Source: Auanema rhodensis | Taxonomy: Eukaryota; Animalia; Nematoda | Assembly: GCA_964057225.1 (NCBI GenBank) | Contig: OZ059900.1 | Coordinates: forward strand, 13,516,001-13,580,000 | DNA length: 64,000 bases | Reading direction: 5' to 3' | Shown here: positions 1 to 12,300 of the stretch, in pieces | Layout of the letters: each line of letters starts with the position of its first letter | Position numbering within the stretch: position 1 is the stretch's first letter | Notes under the pieces: generated by a model | What the model was told of the DNA's origin: nothing | The model's input: the letters and a program-made list of their open reading frames with translations, nothing else | Database searches by the model: none | Program-made: the position numbers and the translations under genes

Positions 1-20
1 ATTATAGTTTGACCGGATAA

Positions 21-50
21 AGCTTTGTATAGCTTTGTATAGCTTTGTAC
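21..50 (+). repeat. 10-bp minisatellite (AGCTTTGTAY) x3 in long units, x2 in short units
   Basis: agctttgtat agctttgtat agctttgtac at 21-50. There are only two copies in, for example, the units starting at 3202, 4356 and 6965. Confidence 0.97.
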
Positions 51-72
51 ACTGATCACATATACGGCGATA
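51..72 (+). promoter_or_regulatory. Candidate proximal sequence element (snRNA-type Pol II promoter), about -57 to -36
   Basis: Positional inference only. ACTGATCACATATACGGCGATA lies where nematode snRNA/SL upstream elements are expected, and its distance to +1 is constant in long and short units. Confidence 0.4.
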
Positions 73-107
73 GGCTAGAACAGTTCATAAGTTTCCTGAA
101 TAGATTT

Positions 108-129
108 GGTTTAATTACCCAAGTTAGAG
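108..129 (+). other. 22-nt spliced-leader mini-exon, SL1 variant with U19A
   Basis: GGTTTAATTACCCAAGTTAGAG versus canonical nematode SL1 GGTTTAATTACCCAAGTTTGAG: one mismatch at leader nt 19 (position 126). It ends in AG and is followed directly by GT. Confidence 0.95.
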
Positions 130-135
130 GTAGTA
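130..135 (+). promoter_or_regulatory. Trans-splice donor site (GAG/GTAGTA)
   Basis: GT directly follows the 22-nt leader and is paired in stem I with TTACC, as in SL1 RNAs. Confidence 0.9.
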
Positions 136-172
136 TCTCAATCTAACCAGAGAACTTCTGAGTTGGAAATAC

Positions 173-179
173 ATTTTGG
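173..179 (+). promoter_or_regulatory. Sm-protein binding site AUUUUGG of the SL RNA
   Basis: Single-stranded AU4GG between stem-loops II and III. It matches the nematode SL Sm site AAUUUUGG except for a preceding C. Confidence 0.88.
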
Positions 180-258
180 AAAGCACACCACGAGTGTGCA
201 ATATTGAAAACTGTCTGTCTTCGTATGATTATATGACACTATAGATGCCAAAGCAAAA

Positions 259-279
259 CAAATTTGAATATGAACATGA
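259..279 (+). repeat. Degenerate 6-bp repeat (TGAAyw) x3.5 in the spacer
   Basis: The consensus unit reads TGAATT TGAATA TGAACA TGA (e.g. 550-570). Copy 1 carries a variant first hexamer. Confidence 0.6.
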
Positions 280-398
280 CGCGTCTTTTACATTATAGTT
301 TGACCGGATAAAGCTTTGTATAGCTTTGTATAGCTTTGTACACTGATCACATATACGGCGATAGGCTAGAACAGTTCATAAGTTTCCTGAATAGATTT

Positions 399-491
399 GG
401 TTTAATTACCCAAGTTAGAGGTAGTATCTCAATCTAACCAGAGAACTTCTGAGTTGGAAATACATTTTGGAAAGCACACCACGAGTGTGCA
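399..491 (+). ncRNA. SL1: SL1-like RNA gene, copy 2
   Basis: Identical RNA region to copy 1, shifted by 291 bp. Confidence 0.92.
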
Positions 492-689
492 ATATTGAAA
501 ACTGTCTGTCTTAGTATGATTATATAACACTACCGATGCTAAAGCAAAATGAATTTGAATATGAACATGACGCGTCTTTTACATTATAGTTTGACCGGAT
601 AAAGCTTTGTATAGCTTTGTATAGCTTTGTACACTGATCACATATACGGCGATAGGCTAGAACAGTTCATAAGTTTCCTGAATAGATTT

Positions 690-782
690 GGTTTAATTAC
701 CCAAGTTAGAGGTAGTATCTCAATCTAACCAGAGAACTTCTGAGTTGGAAATACATTTTGGAAAGCACACCACGAGTGTGCA
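690..782 (+). ncRNA. SL1: SL1-like RNA gene, copy 3
   Basis: Identical RNA region to copy 1, shifted by 582 bp. Confidence 0.92.
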
Positions 783-3298
783 ATATTGAAAACTGTCTGT
801 CTTAGTATGATTATATAACACTATAGATGCCAAAGCAAAATGAATTTGAATATGAACATGACGCGTCTTTTACATTATAGTTTGACCGGATAAAGCTTTG
901 TATAGCTTTGTATAGCTTTGTACACTGATCACATATACGGCGATAGGCTAGAACAGTTCATAAGTTTCCTGAATAGATTTGGTTTAATTACCCAAGTTAG
1001 AGGTAGTATCTCAATCTAACCAGAGAACTTCTGAGTTGGAAATACATTTTGGAAAGCACACCACGAGTGTGCAATATTGAAAACTGTCTGTCTTAGTATG
1101 ATTATATAACACTATAGATGCCAAAGCAAAATGAATTTGAATATGAACATGACGCGTCTTTTACATTATAGTTTGACCGGATAAAGCTTTGTATAGCTTT
1201 GTATAGCTTTGTACACTGATCACATATACGGCGATAGGCTAGAACAGTTCATAAGTTTCCTGAATAGATTTGGTTTAATTACCCAAGTTAGAGGTAGTAT
1301 CTCAATCTAACCAGAGAACTTCTGAGTTGGAAATACATTTTGGAAAGCACACCACGAGTGTGCAATATTGAAAACTGTCTGTCTTAGTATGATTATATAA
1401 CACTATAGATGCCAAAGCAAAATGAATTTGAATATGAACATGACGCGTCTTTTACATTATAGTTTGACCGGATAAAGCTTTGTATAGCTTTGTATAGCTT
1501 TGTACACTGATCACATATACGGCGATAGGCTAGAACAGTTCATAAGTTTCCTGAATAGATTTGGTTTAATTACCCAAGTTAGAGGTAGTATCTCAATCTA
1601 ACCAGAGAACTTCTGAGTTGGAAATACATTTTGAAAAGCACACCACGAGTGTGCAATATTGAAAACTGTCTGTCTTAGTATGATTATATAACACTACCGA
1701 TGCTAAAGCAAAATGAATTTGAATATGAACATGACGCGTCTTTTACATTATAGTTTGACCGGATAAAGCTTTGTATAGCTTTGTATAGCTTTGTACACTG
1801 ATCACATATACGGCGATAGGCTAGAACAGTTCATAAGTTTCCTGAATAGATTTGGTTTAATTACCCAAGTTAGAGGTAGTATCTCAATCTAACCAGAGAA
1901 CTTCTGAGTTGGAAATACATTTTGGAAAGCACACCACGAGTGTGCAATATTGAAAACTGTCTGTCTTAGTATGATTATATAACACTATAGATGCCAAAGC
2001 AAAATGAATTTGAATATGAACATGACGCGTCTTTTACATTATAGTTTGACCGGATAAAGCTTTGTATAGCATTGTATAGCTTTGTACACTGATCACATAT
2101 ACGGCGATAGGCTAGAACAGTTCATAAGTTTCCTGAATAGATTTGGTTTAATTACCCAAGTTAGAGGTAGTATCTCAATCTAACCAGAGAACTTCTGAGT
2201 TGGAAATACATTTTGAAAAGCACACCACGAGTGTGCAATATTGAAAACTGTCTGTCTTAGTATGATTATATAACACTACCGATGCTAAAGCAAAATGAAT
2301 TTGAATATGAACATGACGCGTCTTTTACATTATAGTTTGACCGGATAAAGCTTTGTATAGCTTTGTATAGCTTTGTACACTGATCACATATACGGCGATA
2401 GGCTAGAACAGTTCATAAGTTTCCTGAATAGATTTGGTTTAATTACCCAAGTTAGAGGTAGTATCTCAATCTAACCAGAGAACTTCTGAGTTGGAAATAC
2501 ATTTTGGAAAGCACACCACGAGTGTGCAATATTGAAAACTGTCTGTCTTAGTATGATTATATAACACTACCGATGCTAAAGCAAAATGAATTTGAATATG
2601 AACATGACGCGTCTTTTACATTATAGTTTGACCGGATAAAGCTTTGTATAGCTTTGTATAGCTTTGTACACTGATCACATATACGGCGATAGGCTAGAAC
2701 AGTTCATAAGTTTCCTGAATAGATTTGGTTTAATTACCCAAGTTAGAGGTAGTATCTCAATCTAACCAGAGAACTTCTGAGTTGGAAATACATTTTGGAA
2801 AGCACACCACGAGTGTGCAATATTGAAAACTGTCTGTCTTAGTATGATTATATAACACTACCGATGCTAAAGCAAAATGAATTTGAATATGAACATGACG
2901 CGTCTTTTACATTATAGTTTGACCGGATAAAGCTTTGTATAGCTTTGTATAGCTTTGTACACTGATCACATATACGGCGATAGGCTAGAACAGTTCATAA
3001 GTTTCCTGAATAGATTTGGTTTAATTACCCAAGTTAGAGGTAGTATCTCAATCTAACCAGAGAACTTCTGAGTTGGAAATACATTTTGGAAAGCACACCA
3101 CGAGTGTGCAATATTGAAAACTGTCTGTCTTAGTATGATTATATAACACTATAGATGCCAAAGCAAAATGAATTTGAATATGAACATGACGCGTCTTTTA
3201 CATTATAGTTTGACCGGATAAAGCTTTGTATAGCTTTGTACACTGATCACATATACGGCGATAGGCTAGAACAGTTCATAAGTTTCCTGAATAGATTT

Positions 3299-3391
3299 GG
3301 TTTAATTACCCAAGTTAGAGGTAGTATCTCAATCTAACCAGAGAACTTCTGAGTTGGAAATACATTTTGGAAAGCACACCACGAGTGTGCA
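3299..3391 (+). ncRNA. SL1: SL1-like RNA gene, copy 12 (first 281-bp unit)
   Basis: Intact RNA region; the upstream minisatellite has two copies. Confidence 0.92.
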
Positions 3392-6300
3392 ATATTGAAA
3401 ACTGTCTGTCTTAGTATGATTATATAACACTATAGATGCCAAAGCAAAATGAATTTGAATATGAACATGACGCGTCTTTTACATTATAGTTTGACCGGAT
3501 AAAGCTTTGTATAGCTTTGTATAGCTTTGTACACTGATCACATATACGGCGATAGGCTAGAACAGTTCATAAGTTTCCTGAATAGATTTGGTTTAATTAC
3601 CCAAGTTAGAGGTAGTATCTCAATCTAACCAGAGAACTTCTGAGTTGGAAATACATTTTGGAAAGCACACCACGAGTGTGCAATATTGAAAACTGTCTGT
3701 CTTAGTATGATTATATAACACTATAGATGCCAAAGCAAAATGAATTTGAATATGAACATGACGCGTCTTTTACATTATAGTTTGACCGGATAAAGCTTTG
3801 TATAGCTTTGTATAGCTTTGTACACTGATCACATATACGGCGATAGGCTAGAACAGTTCATAAGTTTCCTGAATAGATTTGGTTTAATTACCCAAGTTAG
3901 AGGTAGTATCTCAATCTAACCAGAGAACTTCTGAGTTGGAAATACATTTTGGAAAGCACACCACGAGTGTGCAATATTGAAAACTGTCTGTCTTAGTATG
4001 ATTATATAACACTATAGATGCCAAAGCAAAATGAATTTGAATATGAACATGACGCGTCTTTTACATTATAGTTTGACCGGATAAAGCTTTGTATAGCTTT
4101 GTATAGCTTTGTACACTGATCACATATACGGCGATAGGCTAGAACAGTTCATAAGTTTCCTGAATAGATTTGGTTTAATTACCCAAGTTAGAGGTAGTAT
4201 CTCAATCTAACCAGAGAACTTCTGAGTTGGAAATACATTTTGGAAAGCACACCACGAGTGTGCAATATTGAAAACTGTCTGTCTTAGTATGATTATATAA
4301 CACTACCGATGCTAAAGCAAAATGAATTTGAATATGAACATGACGCGTCTTTTACATTATAGTTTGACCGGATAAAGCTTTGTATAGCTTTGTACACTGA
4401 TCACATATACGGCGATAGGCTAGAACAGTTCATAAGTTTCCTGAATAGATTTGGTTTAATTACCCAAGTTAGAGGTAGTATCTCAATCTAACCAGAGAAC
4501 TTCTGAGTTGGAAATACATTTTGGAAAGCACACCACGAGTGTGCAATATTGAAAACTGTCTGTCTTAGTATGATTATATAACACTATAGATGCCAAAGCA
4601 AAATGAATTTGAATATGAACATGACGCGTCTTTTACATTATAGTTTGACCGGATAAAGCTTTGTATAGCATTGTATAGCTTTGTACACTGATCACATATA
4701 CGGCGATAGGCTAGAACAGTTCATAAGTTTCCTGAATAGATTTGGTTTAATTACCCAAGTTAGAGGTAGTATCTCAATCTAACCAGAGAACTTCTGAGTT
4801 GGAAATACATTTTGAAAAGCACACCACGAGTGTGCAATATTGAAAACTGTCTGTCTTAGTATGATTATATAACACTACCGATGCTAAAGCAAAATGAATT
4901 TGAATATGAACATGACGCGTCTTTTACATTATAGTTTGACCGGATAAAGCTTTGTATAGCTTTGTATAGCTTTGTACACTGATCACATATACGGCGATAG
5001 GCTAGAACAGTTCATAAGTTTCCTGAATAGATTTGGTTTAATTACCCAAGTTAGAGGTAGTATCTCAATCTAACCAGAGAACTTCTGAGTTGGAAATACA
5101 TTTTGGAAAGCACACCACGAGTGTGCAATATTGAAAACTGTCTGTCTTAGTATGATTATATAACACTACCGATGCTAAAGCAAAATGAATTTGAATATGA
5201 ACATGACGCGTCTTTTACATTATAGTTTGACCGGATAAAGCTTTGTATAGCTTTGTATAGCTTTGTACACTGATCACATATACGGCGATAGGCTAGAACA
5301 GTTCATAAGTTTCCTTAATAGATTTGGTTTAATTACCCAAGTTAGAGGTAGTATCTCAATCTAACCAGAGAACTTCTGAGTTGGAAATACATTTTGGAAA
5401 GCACACCACGAGTGTGCAATATTGAAAACTGTCTGTCTTAGTATGATTATATAACACTACCGATGCTAAAGCAAAATGAATTTGAATATGAACATGACGC
5501 GTCTTTTACATTATAGTTTGACCGGATAAAGCTTTGTATAGCTTTGTATAGCTTTGTACACTGATCACATATACGGCGATAGGCTAGAACAGTTCATAAG
5601 TTTCCTGAATAGATTTGGTTTAATTACCCAAGTTAGAGGTAGTATCTCAATCTAACCAGAGAACTTCTGAGTTGGAAATACATTTTGGAAAGCACACCAC
5701 GAGTGTGCAATATTGAAAACTGTCTGTCTTAGTATGATTATATAACACTATAGATGCCAAAGCAAAATGAATTTGAATATGAACATGACGCGTCTTTTAC
5801 ATTATAGTTTGACCGGATAAAGCTTTGTATAGCTTTGTATAGCTTTGTACACTGATCACATATACGGCGATAGGCTAGAACAGTTCATAAGTTTCCTGAA
5901 TAGATTTGGTTTAATTACCCAAGTTAGAGGTAGTATCTCAATCTAACCAGAGAACTTCTGAGTTGGAAATACATTTTGGAAAGCACACCACGAGTGTGCA
6001 ATATTGAAAACTGTCTGTCTTAGTATGATTATATAACACTATAGATGCCAAAGCAAAATGAATTTGAATATGAACATGACGCGTCTTTTACATTATAGTT
6101 TGACCGGATAAAGCTTTGTATAGCTTTGTATAGCTTTGTACACTGATCACATATACGGCGATAGGCTAGAACAGTTCATAAGTTTCCTGAATAGATTTGG
6201 TTTAATTACCCAAGTTAGAGGTAGTATCTCAATCTAACCAGAGAACTTCTGAGTTGGAAATACATTTTGGAAAGCACACCACGAGTGTGCAATATTGAAA

Positions 6301-9300
6301 ACTGTCTGTCTTAGTATGATTATATAACACTATAGATGCCAAAGCAAAATGAATTTGAATATGAACATGACGCGTCTTTTACATTATAGTTTGACCGGAT
6401 AAAGCTTTGTATAGCTTTGTATAGCTTTGTACACTGATCACATATACGGCGATAGGCTAGAACAGTTCATAAGTTTCCTGAATAGATTTGGTTTAATTAC
6501 CCAAGTTAGAGGTAGTATCTCAATCTAACCAGAGAACTTCTGAGTTGGAAATACATTTTGGAAAGCACACCACGAGTGTGCAATATTGAAAACTGTCTGT
6601 CTTAGTATGATTATATAACACTATAGATGCCAAAGCAAAATGAATTTGAATATGAACATGACGCGTCTTTTACATTATAGTTTGACCGGATAAAGCTTTG
6701 TATAGCTTTGTATAGCTTTGTACACTGATCACATATACGGCGATAGGCTAGAACAGTTCATAAGTTTCCTGAATAGATTTGGTTTAATTACCCAAGTTAG
6801 AGGTAGTATCTCAATCTAACCAGAGAACTTCTGAGTTGGAAATACATTTTGGAAAGCACACCACGAGTGTGCAATATTGAAAACTGTCTGTCTTAGTATG
6901 ATTATATAACACTATAGATGCCAAAGCAAAATGAATTTGAATATGAACATGACGCGTCTTTTACATTATAGTTTGACCGGATAAAGCTTTGTATAGCTTT
7001 GTACACTGATCACATATACGGCGATAGGCTAGAACAGTTCATAAGTTTCCTGAATAGATTTGGTTTAATTACCCAAGTTAGAGGTAGTATCTCAATCTAA
7101 CCAGAGAACTTCTGAGTTGGAAATACATTTTGGAAAGCACACCACGAGTGTGCAATATTGAAAACTGTCTGTCTTAGTATGATTATATAACACTATAGAT
7201 GCCAAAGCAAAATGAATTTGAATATGAACATGACGCGTCTTTTACATTATAGTTTGACCGGATAAAGCTTTGTATAGCTTTGTACACTGATCACATATAC
7301 GGCGATAGGCTAGAACAGTTCATAAGTTTCCTGAATAGATTTGGTTTAATTACCCAAGTTAGAGGTAGTATCTCAATCTAACCAGAGAACTTCTGAGTTG
7401 GAAATACATTTTGGAAAGCACACCACGAGTGTGCAATATTGAAAACTGTCTGTCTTAGTATGATTATATAACACTATAGATGCCAAAGCAAAATGAATTT
7501 GAATATGAACATGACGCGTCTTTTACATTATAGTTTGACCGGATAAAGCTTTGTATAGCTTTGTATAGCTTTGTACACTGATCACATATACGGCGATAGG
7601 CTAGAACAGTTCATAAGTTTCCTGAATAGATTTGGTTTAATTACCCAAGTTAGAGGTAGTATCTCAATCTAACCAGAGAACTTCTGAGTTGGAAATACAT
7701 TTTGGAAAGCACACCACGAGTGTGCAATATTGAAAACTGTCTGTCTTAGTATGATTATATAACACTACCGATGCTAAAGCAAAATGAATTTGAATATGAA
7801 CATGACGCGTCTTTTACATTATAGTTTGACCGGATAAAGCTTTGTATAGCTTTGTACACTGATCACATATACGGCGATAGGCTAGAACAGTTCATAAGTT
7901 TCCTGAATAGATTTGGTTTAATTACCCAAGTTAGAGGTAGTATCTCAATCTAACCAGAGAACTTCTGAGTTGGAAATACATTTTGGAAAGCACACCACGA
8001 GTGTGCAATATTGAAAACTGTCTGTCTTAGTATGATTATATAACACTATAGATGCCAAAGCAAAATGAATTTGAATATGAACATGACGCGTCTTTTACAT
8101 TATAGTTTGACCGGATAAAGCTTTGTATAGCTTTGTATAGCTTTGTACACTGATCACATATACGGCGATAGGCTAGAACAGTTCATAAGTTTCCTTAATA
8201 GATTTGGTTTAATTACCCAAGTTAGAGGTAGTATCTCAATCTAACCAGAGAACTTCTGAGTTGGAAATACATTTTGGAAAGCACACCACGAGTGTGCAAT
8301 ATTGAAAACTGTCTGTCTTAGTATGATTATATAACACTACCGATGCTAAAGCAAAATGAATTTGAATAGGAAAATGACGCGTCTTTTACATTATAGTTTG
8401 ACCGGATAAAGCTTTGTATAGCTTTGTATAGCTTTGTACACTGATCACATATACGGCGATAGGCTAGAACAGTTCATAAGTTTCCTGAATAGATTTGGTT
8501 TAATTACCCAAGTTAGAGGTAGTATCTCAATCTAACCAGAGAACTTCTGAGTTGGAAATACATTTTGGAAAGCACACCACGAGTGTGCAATATTGAAAAC
8601 TGTCTGTCTTAGTATGATTATATAACACTACCGATGCTAAAGCAAAATGAATTTGAATATGAACATGACGCGTCTTTTACATTATAGTTTGACCGGATAA
8701 AGCTTTGTATAGCTTTGTACACTGATCACATATACGGCGATAGGCTAGAACAGTTCATAAGTTTCCTGAATAGATTTGGTTTAATTACCCAAGTTAGAGG
8801 TAGTATCTCAATCTAACCAGAGAACTTCTGAGTTGGAAATACATTTTGGAAAGCACACCACGAGTGTGCAATATTGAAAACTGTCTGTCTTAGTATGATT
8901 ATATAACACTATAGATGCCAAAGCAAAATGAATTTGAATATGAACATGACGCGTCTTTTACATTATAGTTTGACCGGATAAAGCTTTGTATAGCTTTGTA
9001 TAGCTTTGTACACTGATCACATATACGGCGATAGGCTAGAACAGTTCATAAGTTTCCTGAATAGATTTGGTTTAATTACCCAAGTTAGAGGTAGTATCTC
9101 AATCTAACCAGAGAACTTCTGAGTTGGAAATACATTTTGGAAAGCACACCACGAGTGTGCAATATTGAAAACTGTCTGTCTTAGTATGATTATATAACAC
9201 TACCGATGCTAAAGCAAAATGAATTTGAATATGAACATGACGCGTCTTTTACATTATAGTTTGACCGGATAAAGCTTTGTATAGCTTTGTACACTGATCA

Positions 9301-12300
9301 CATATACGGCGATAGGCTAGAACAGTTCATAAGTTTCCTGAATAGATTTGGTTTAATTACCCAAGTTAGAGGTAGTATCTCAATCTAACCAGAGAACTTC
9401 TGAGTTGGAAATACATTTTGGAAAGCACACCACGAGTGTGCAATATTGAAAACTGTCTGTCTTAGTATGATTATATAACACTATAGATGCCAAAGCAAAA
9501 TGAATTTGAATATGAACATGACGCGTCTTTTACATTATAGTTTGACCGGATAAAGCTTTGTATAGCTTTGTATAGCTTTGTACACTGATCACATATACGG
9601 CGATAGGCTAGAACAGTTCATAAGTTTCCTTAATAGATTTGGTTTAATTACCCAAGTTAGAGGTAGTATCTCAATCTAACCAGAGAACTTCTGAGTTGGA
9701 AATACATTTTGGAAAGCACACCACGAGTGTGCAATATTGAAAACTGTCTGTCTTAGTATGATTATATAACACTACCGATGCTAAAGCAAAATGAATTTGA
9801 ATAGGAAAATGACGCGTCTTTTACATTATAGTTTGACCGGATAAAGCTTTGTATAGCTTTGTATAGCTTTGTACACTGATCACATATACGGCGATAGGCT
9901 AGAACAGTTCATAAGTTTCCTGAATAGATTTGGTTTAATTACCCAAGTTAGAGGTAGTATCTCAATCTAACCAGAGAACTTCTGAGTTGGAAATACATTT
10001 TGGAAAGCACACCACGAGTGTGCAATATTGAAAACTGTCTGTCTTAGTATGATTATATAACACTACCGATGCTAAAGCAAAATGAATTTGAATATGAACA
10101 TGACGCGTCTTTTACATTATAGTTTGACCGGATAAAGCTTTGTATAGCTTTGTACACTGATCACATATACGGCGATAGGCTAGAACAGTTCATAAGTTTC
10201 CTGAATAGATTTGGTTTAATTACCCAAGTTAGAGGTAGTATCTCAATCTAACCAGAGAACTTCTGAGTTGGAAATACATTTTGGAAAGCACACCACGAGT
10301 GTGCAATATTGAAAACTGTCTGTCTTAGTATGATTATATAACACTATAGATGCCAAAGCAAAATGAATTTGAATATGAACATGACGCGTCTTTTACATTA
10401 TAGTTTGACCGGATAAAGCTTTGTATAGCTTTGTATAGCTTTGTACACTGATCACATATACGGCGATAGGCTAGAACAGTTCATAAGTTTCCTGAATAGA
10501 TTTGGTTTAATTACCCAAGTTAGAGGTAGTATCTCAATCTAACCAGAGAACTTCTGAGTTGGAAATACATTTTGGAAAGCACACCACGAGTGTGCAATAT
10601 TGAAAACTGTCTGTCTTAGTATGATTATATAACACTACCGATGCTAAAGCAAAATGAATTTGAATATGAACATGACGCGTCTTTTACATTATAGTTTGAC
10701 CGGATAAAGCTTTGTATAGCTTTGTACACTGATCACATATACGGCGATAGGCTAGAACAGTTCATAAGTTTCCTGAATAGATTTGGTTTAATTACCCAAG
10801 TTAGAGGTAGTATCTCAATCTAACCAGAGAACTTCTGAGTTGGAAATACATTTTGGAAAGCACACCACGAGTGTGCAATATTGAAAACTGTCTGTCTTAG
10901 TATGATTATATAACACTATAGATGCCAAAGCAAAATGAATTTGAATATGAACATGACGCGTCTTTTACATTATAGTTTGACCGGATAAAGCTTTGTATAG
11001 CTTTGTATAGCTTTGTACACTGATCACATATACGGCGATAGGCTAGAACAGTTTATAAGTTTCCTGAATAGATTTGGTTTAATTACCCAAGTTAGAGGTA
11101 GTATCTCAATCTAACCAGAGAACTTCTGAGTTGGAAATACATTTTGGAAAGCACACCACGAGTGTGCAATATTGAAAACTGTCTGTCTTAGTATGATTAT
11201 ATAACACTACCGATGCTAAAGCAAAATGAATTCGAATATGAACATGACGCGTCTTTTACATTATAGTTTGACCGGATAAAGCTTTGTATAGCTTTGTATA
11301 GCTTTGTACACTGATCACATATACGGCGATAGGCTAGAACAGTTCATAAGTTTCCTGAATAGATTTGGTTTAATTACCCAAGTTAGAGGTAGTATCTCAA
11401 TCTAACCAGAGAACTTCTGAGTTGGAAATACATTTTGGAAAGCACACCACGAGTGTGCAATATTGAAAACTGTCTGTCTTAGTATGATTATATAACACTA
11501 CCGATGCTAAAGCAAAATGAATTTGAATATGAACATGACGCGTCTTTTACATTATAGTTTGACCGGATAAAGCTTTGTATAGCTTTGTACACTGATCACA
11601 TATACGGCGATAGGCTAGAACAGTTCATAAGTTTCCTGAATAGATTTGGTTTAATTACCCAAGTTAGAGGTAGTATCTCAATCTAACCAGAGAACTTCTG
11701 AGTTGGAAATACATTTTGGAAAGCACACCACGAGTGTGCAATATTGAAAACTGTCTGTCTTAGTATGATTATATAACACTATAGATGCCAAAGCAAAATG
11801 AATTTGAATATGAACATGACGCGTCTTTTACATTATAGTTTGACCGGATAAAGCTTTGTATAGCTTTGTATAGCTTTGTACACTGATCACATATACGGCG
11901 ATAGGCTAGAACAGTTCATAAGTTTCCTTAATAGATTTGGTTTAATTACCCAAGTTAGAGGTAGTATCTCAATCTAACCAGAGAACTTCTGAGTTGGAAA
12001 TACATTTTGGAAAGCACACCACGAGTGTGCAATATTGAAAACTGTCTGTCTTAGTATGATTATATAACACTACCGATGCTAAAGCAAAATGAATTTGAAT
12101 AGGAAAATGACGCGTCTTTTACATTATAGTTTGACCGGATAAAGCTTTGTATAGCTTTGTATAGCTTTGTACACTGATCACATATACGGCGATAGGCTAG
12201 AACAGTTCATAAGTTTCCTGAATAGATTTGGTTTAATTACCCAAGTTAGAGGTAGTATCTCAATCTAACCAGAGAACTTCTGAGTTGGAAATACATTTTG

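Larger units (their letters stand above)
108..200 (+). ncRNA. SL1: SL1-like spliced-leader RNA gene, copy 1 (3' end approximate)
   Basis: Leader 108-129; donor GT 130-131; stem I ATTACC(114-119)/GGTAGT(129-134); stem II TCTAAC-CAGA-gaact-TCTG-a-GTTGGA (142-167); Sm site 173-179; stem III GCACAC-cacga-GTGTGC (183-199). Confidence 0.93.

Noticed and set aside
61-75. TACGGCGATA resembling the 5' end of 5S rRNA
   Set aside because: The similarity stops after about 10 nt, with no internal control boxes and no 5S fold.
127-135. GAGGTAGTA matches let-7 nt 2-10 (and TTGTATAG resembles its 3' part)
   Set aside because: The match is explained by the leader end plus splice donor. The two pieces are in the wrong order, far apart, and form no pre-miRNA hairpin.
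108-200. SL2-family or SmY assignment
   Set aside because: The leader is 21/22 identical to SL1 and unlike SL2 (GGTTTTAACCCAGTTACTCAAG); SmY RNAs lack a leader and donor.
201-220. Defined 3' box or terminator (ATTGAAAACTGTCTGTC)
   Set aside because: The position is plausible, but I cannot match it to a reliable consensus, so it is not annotated.
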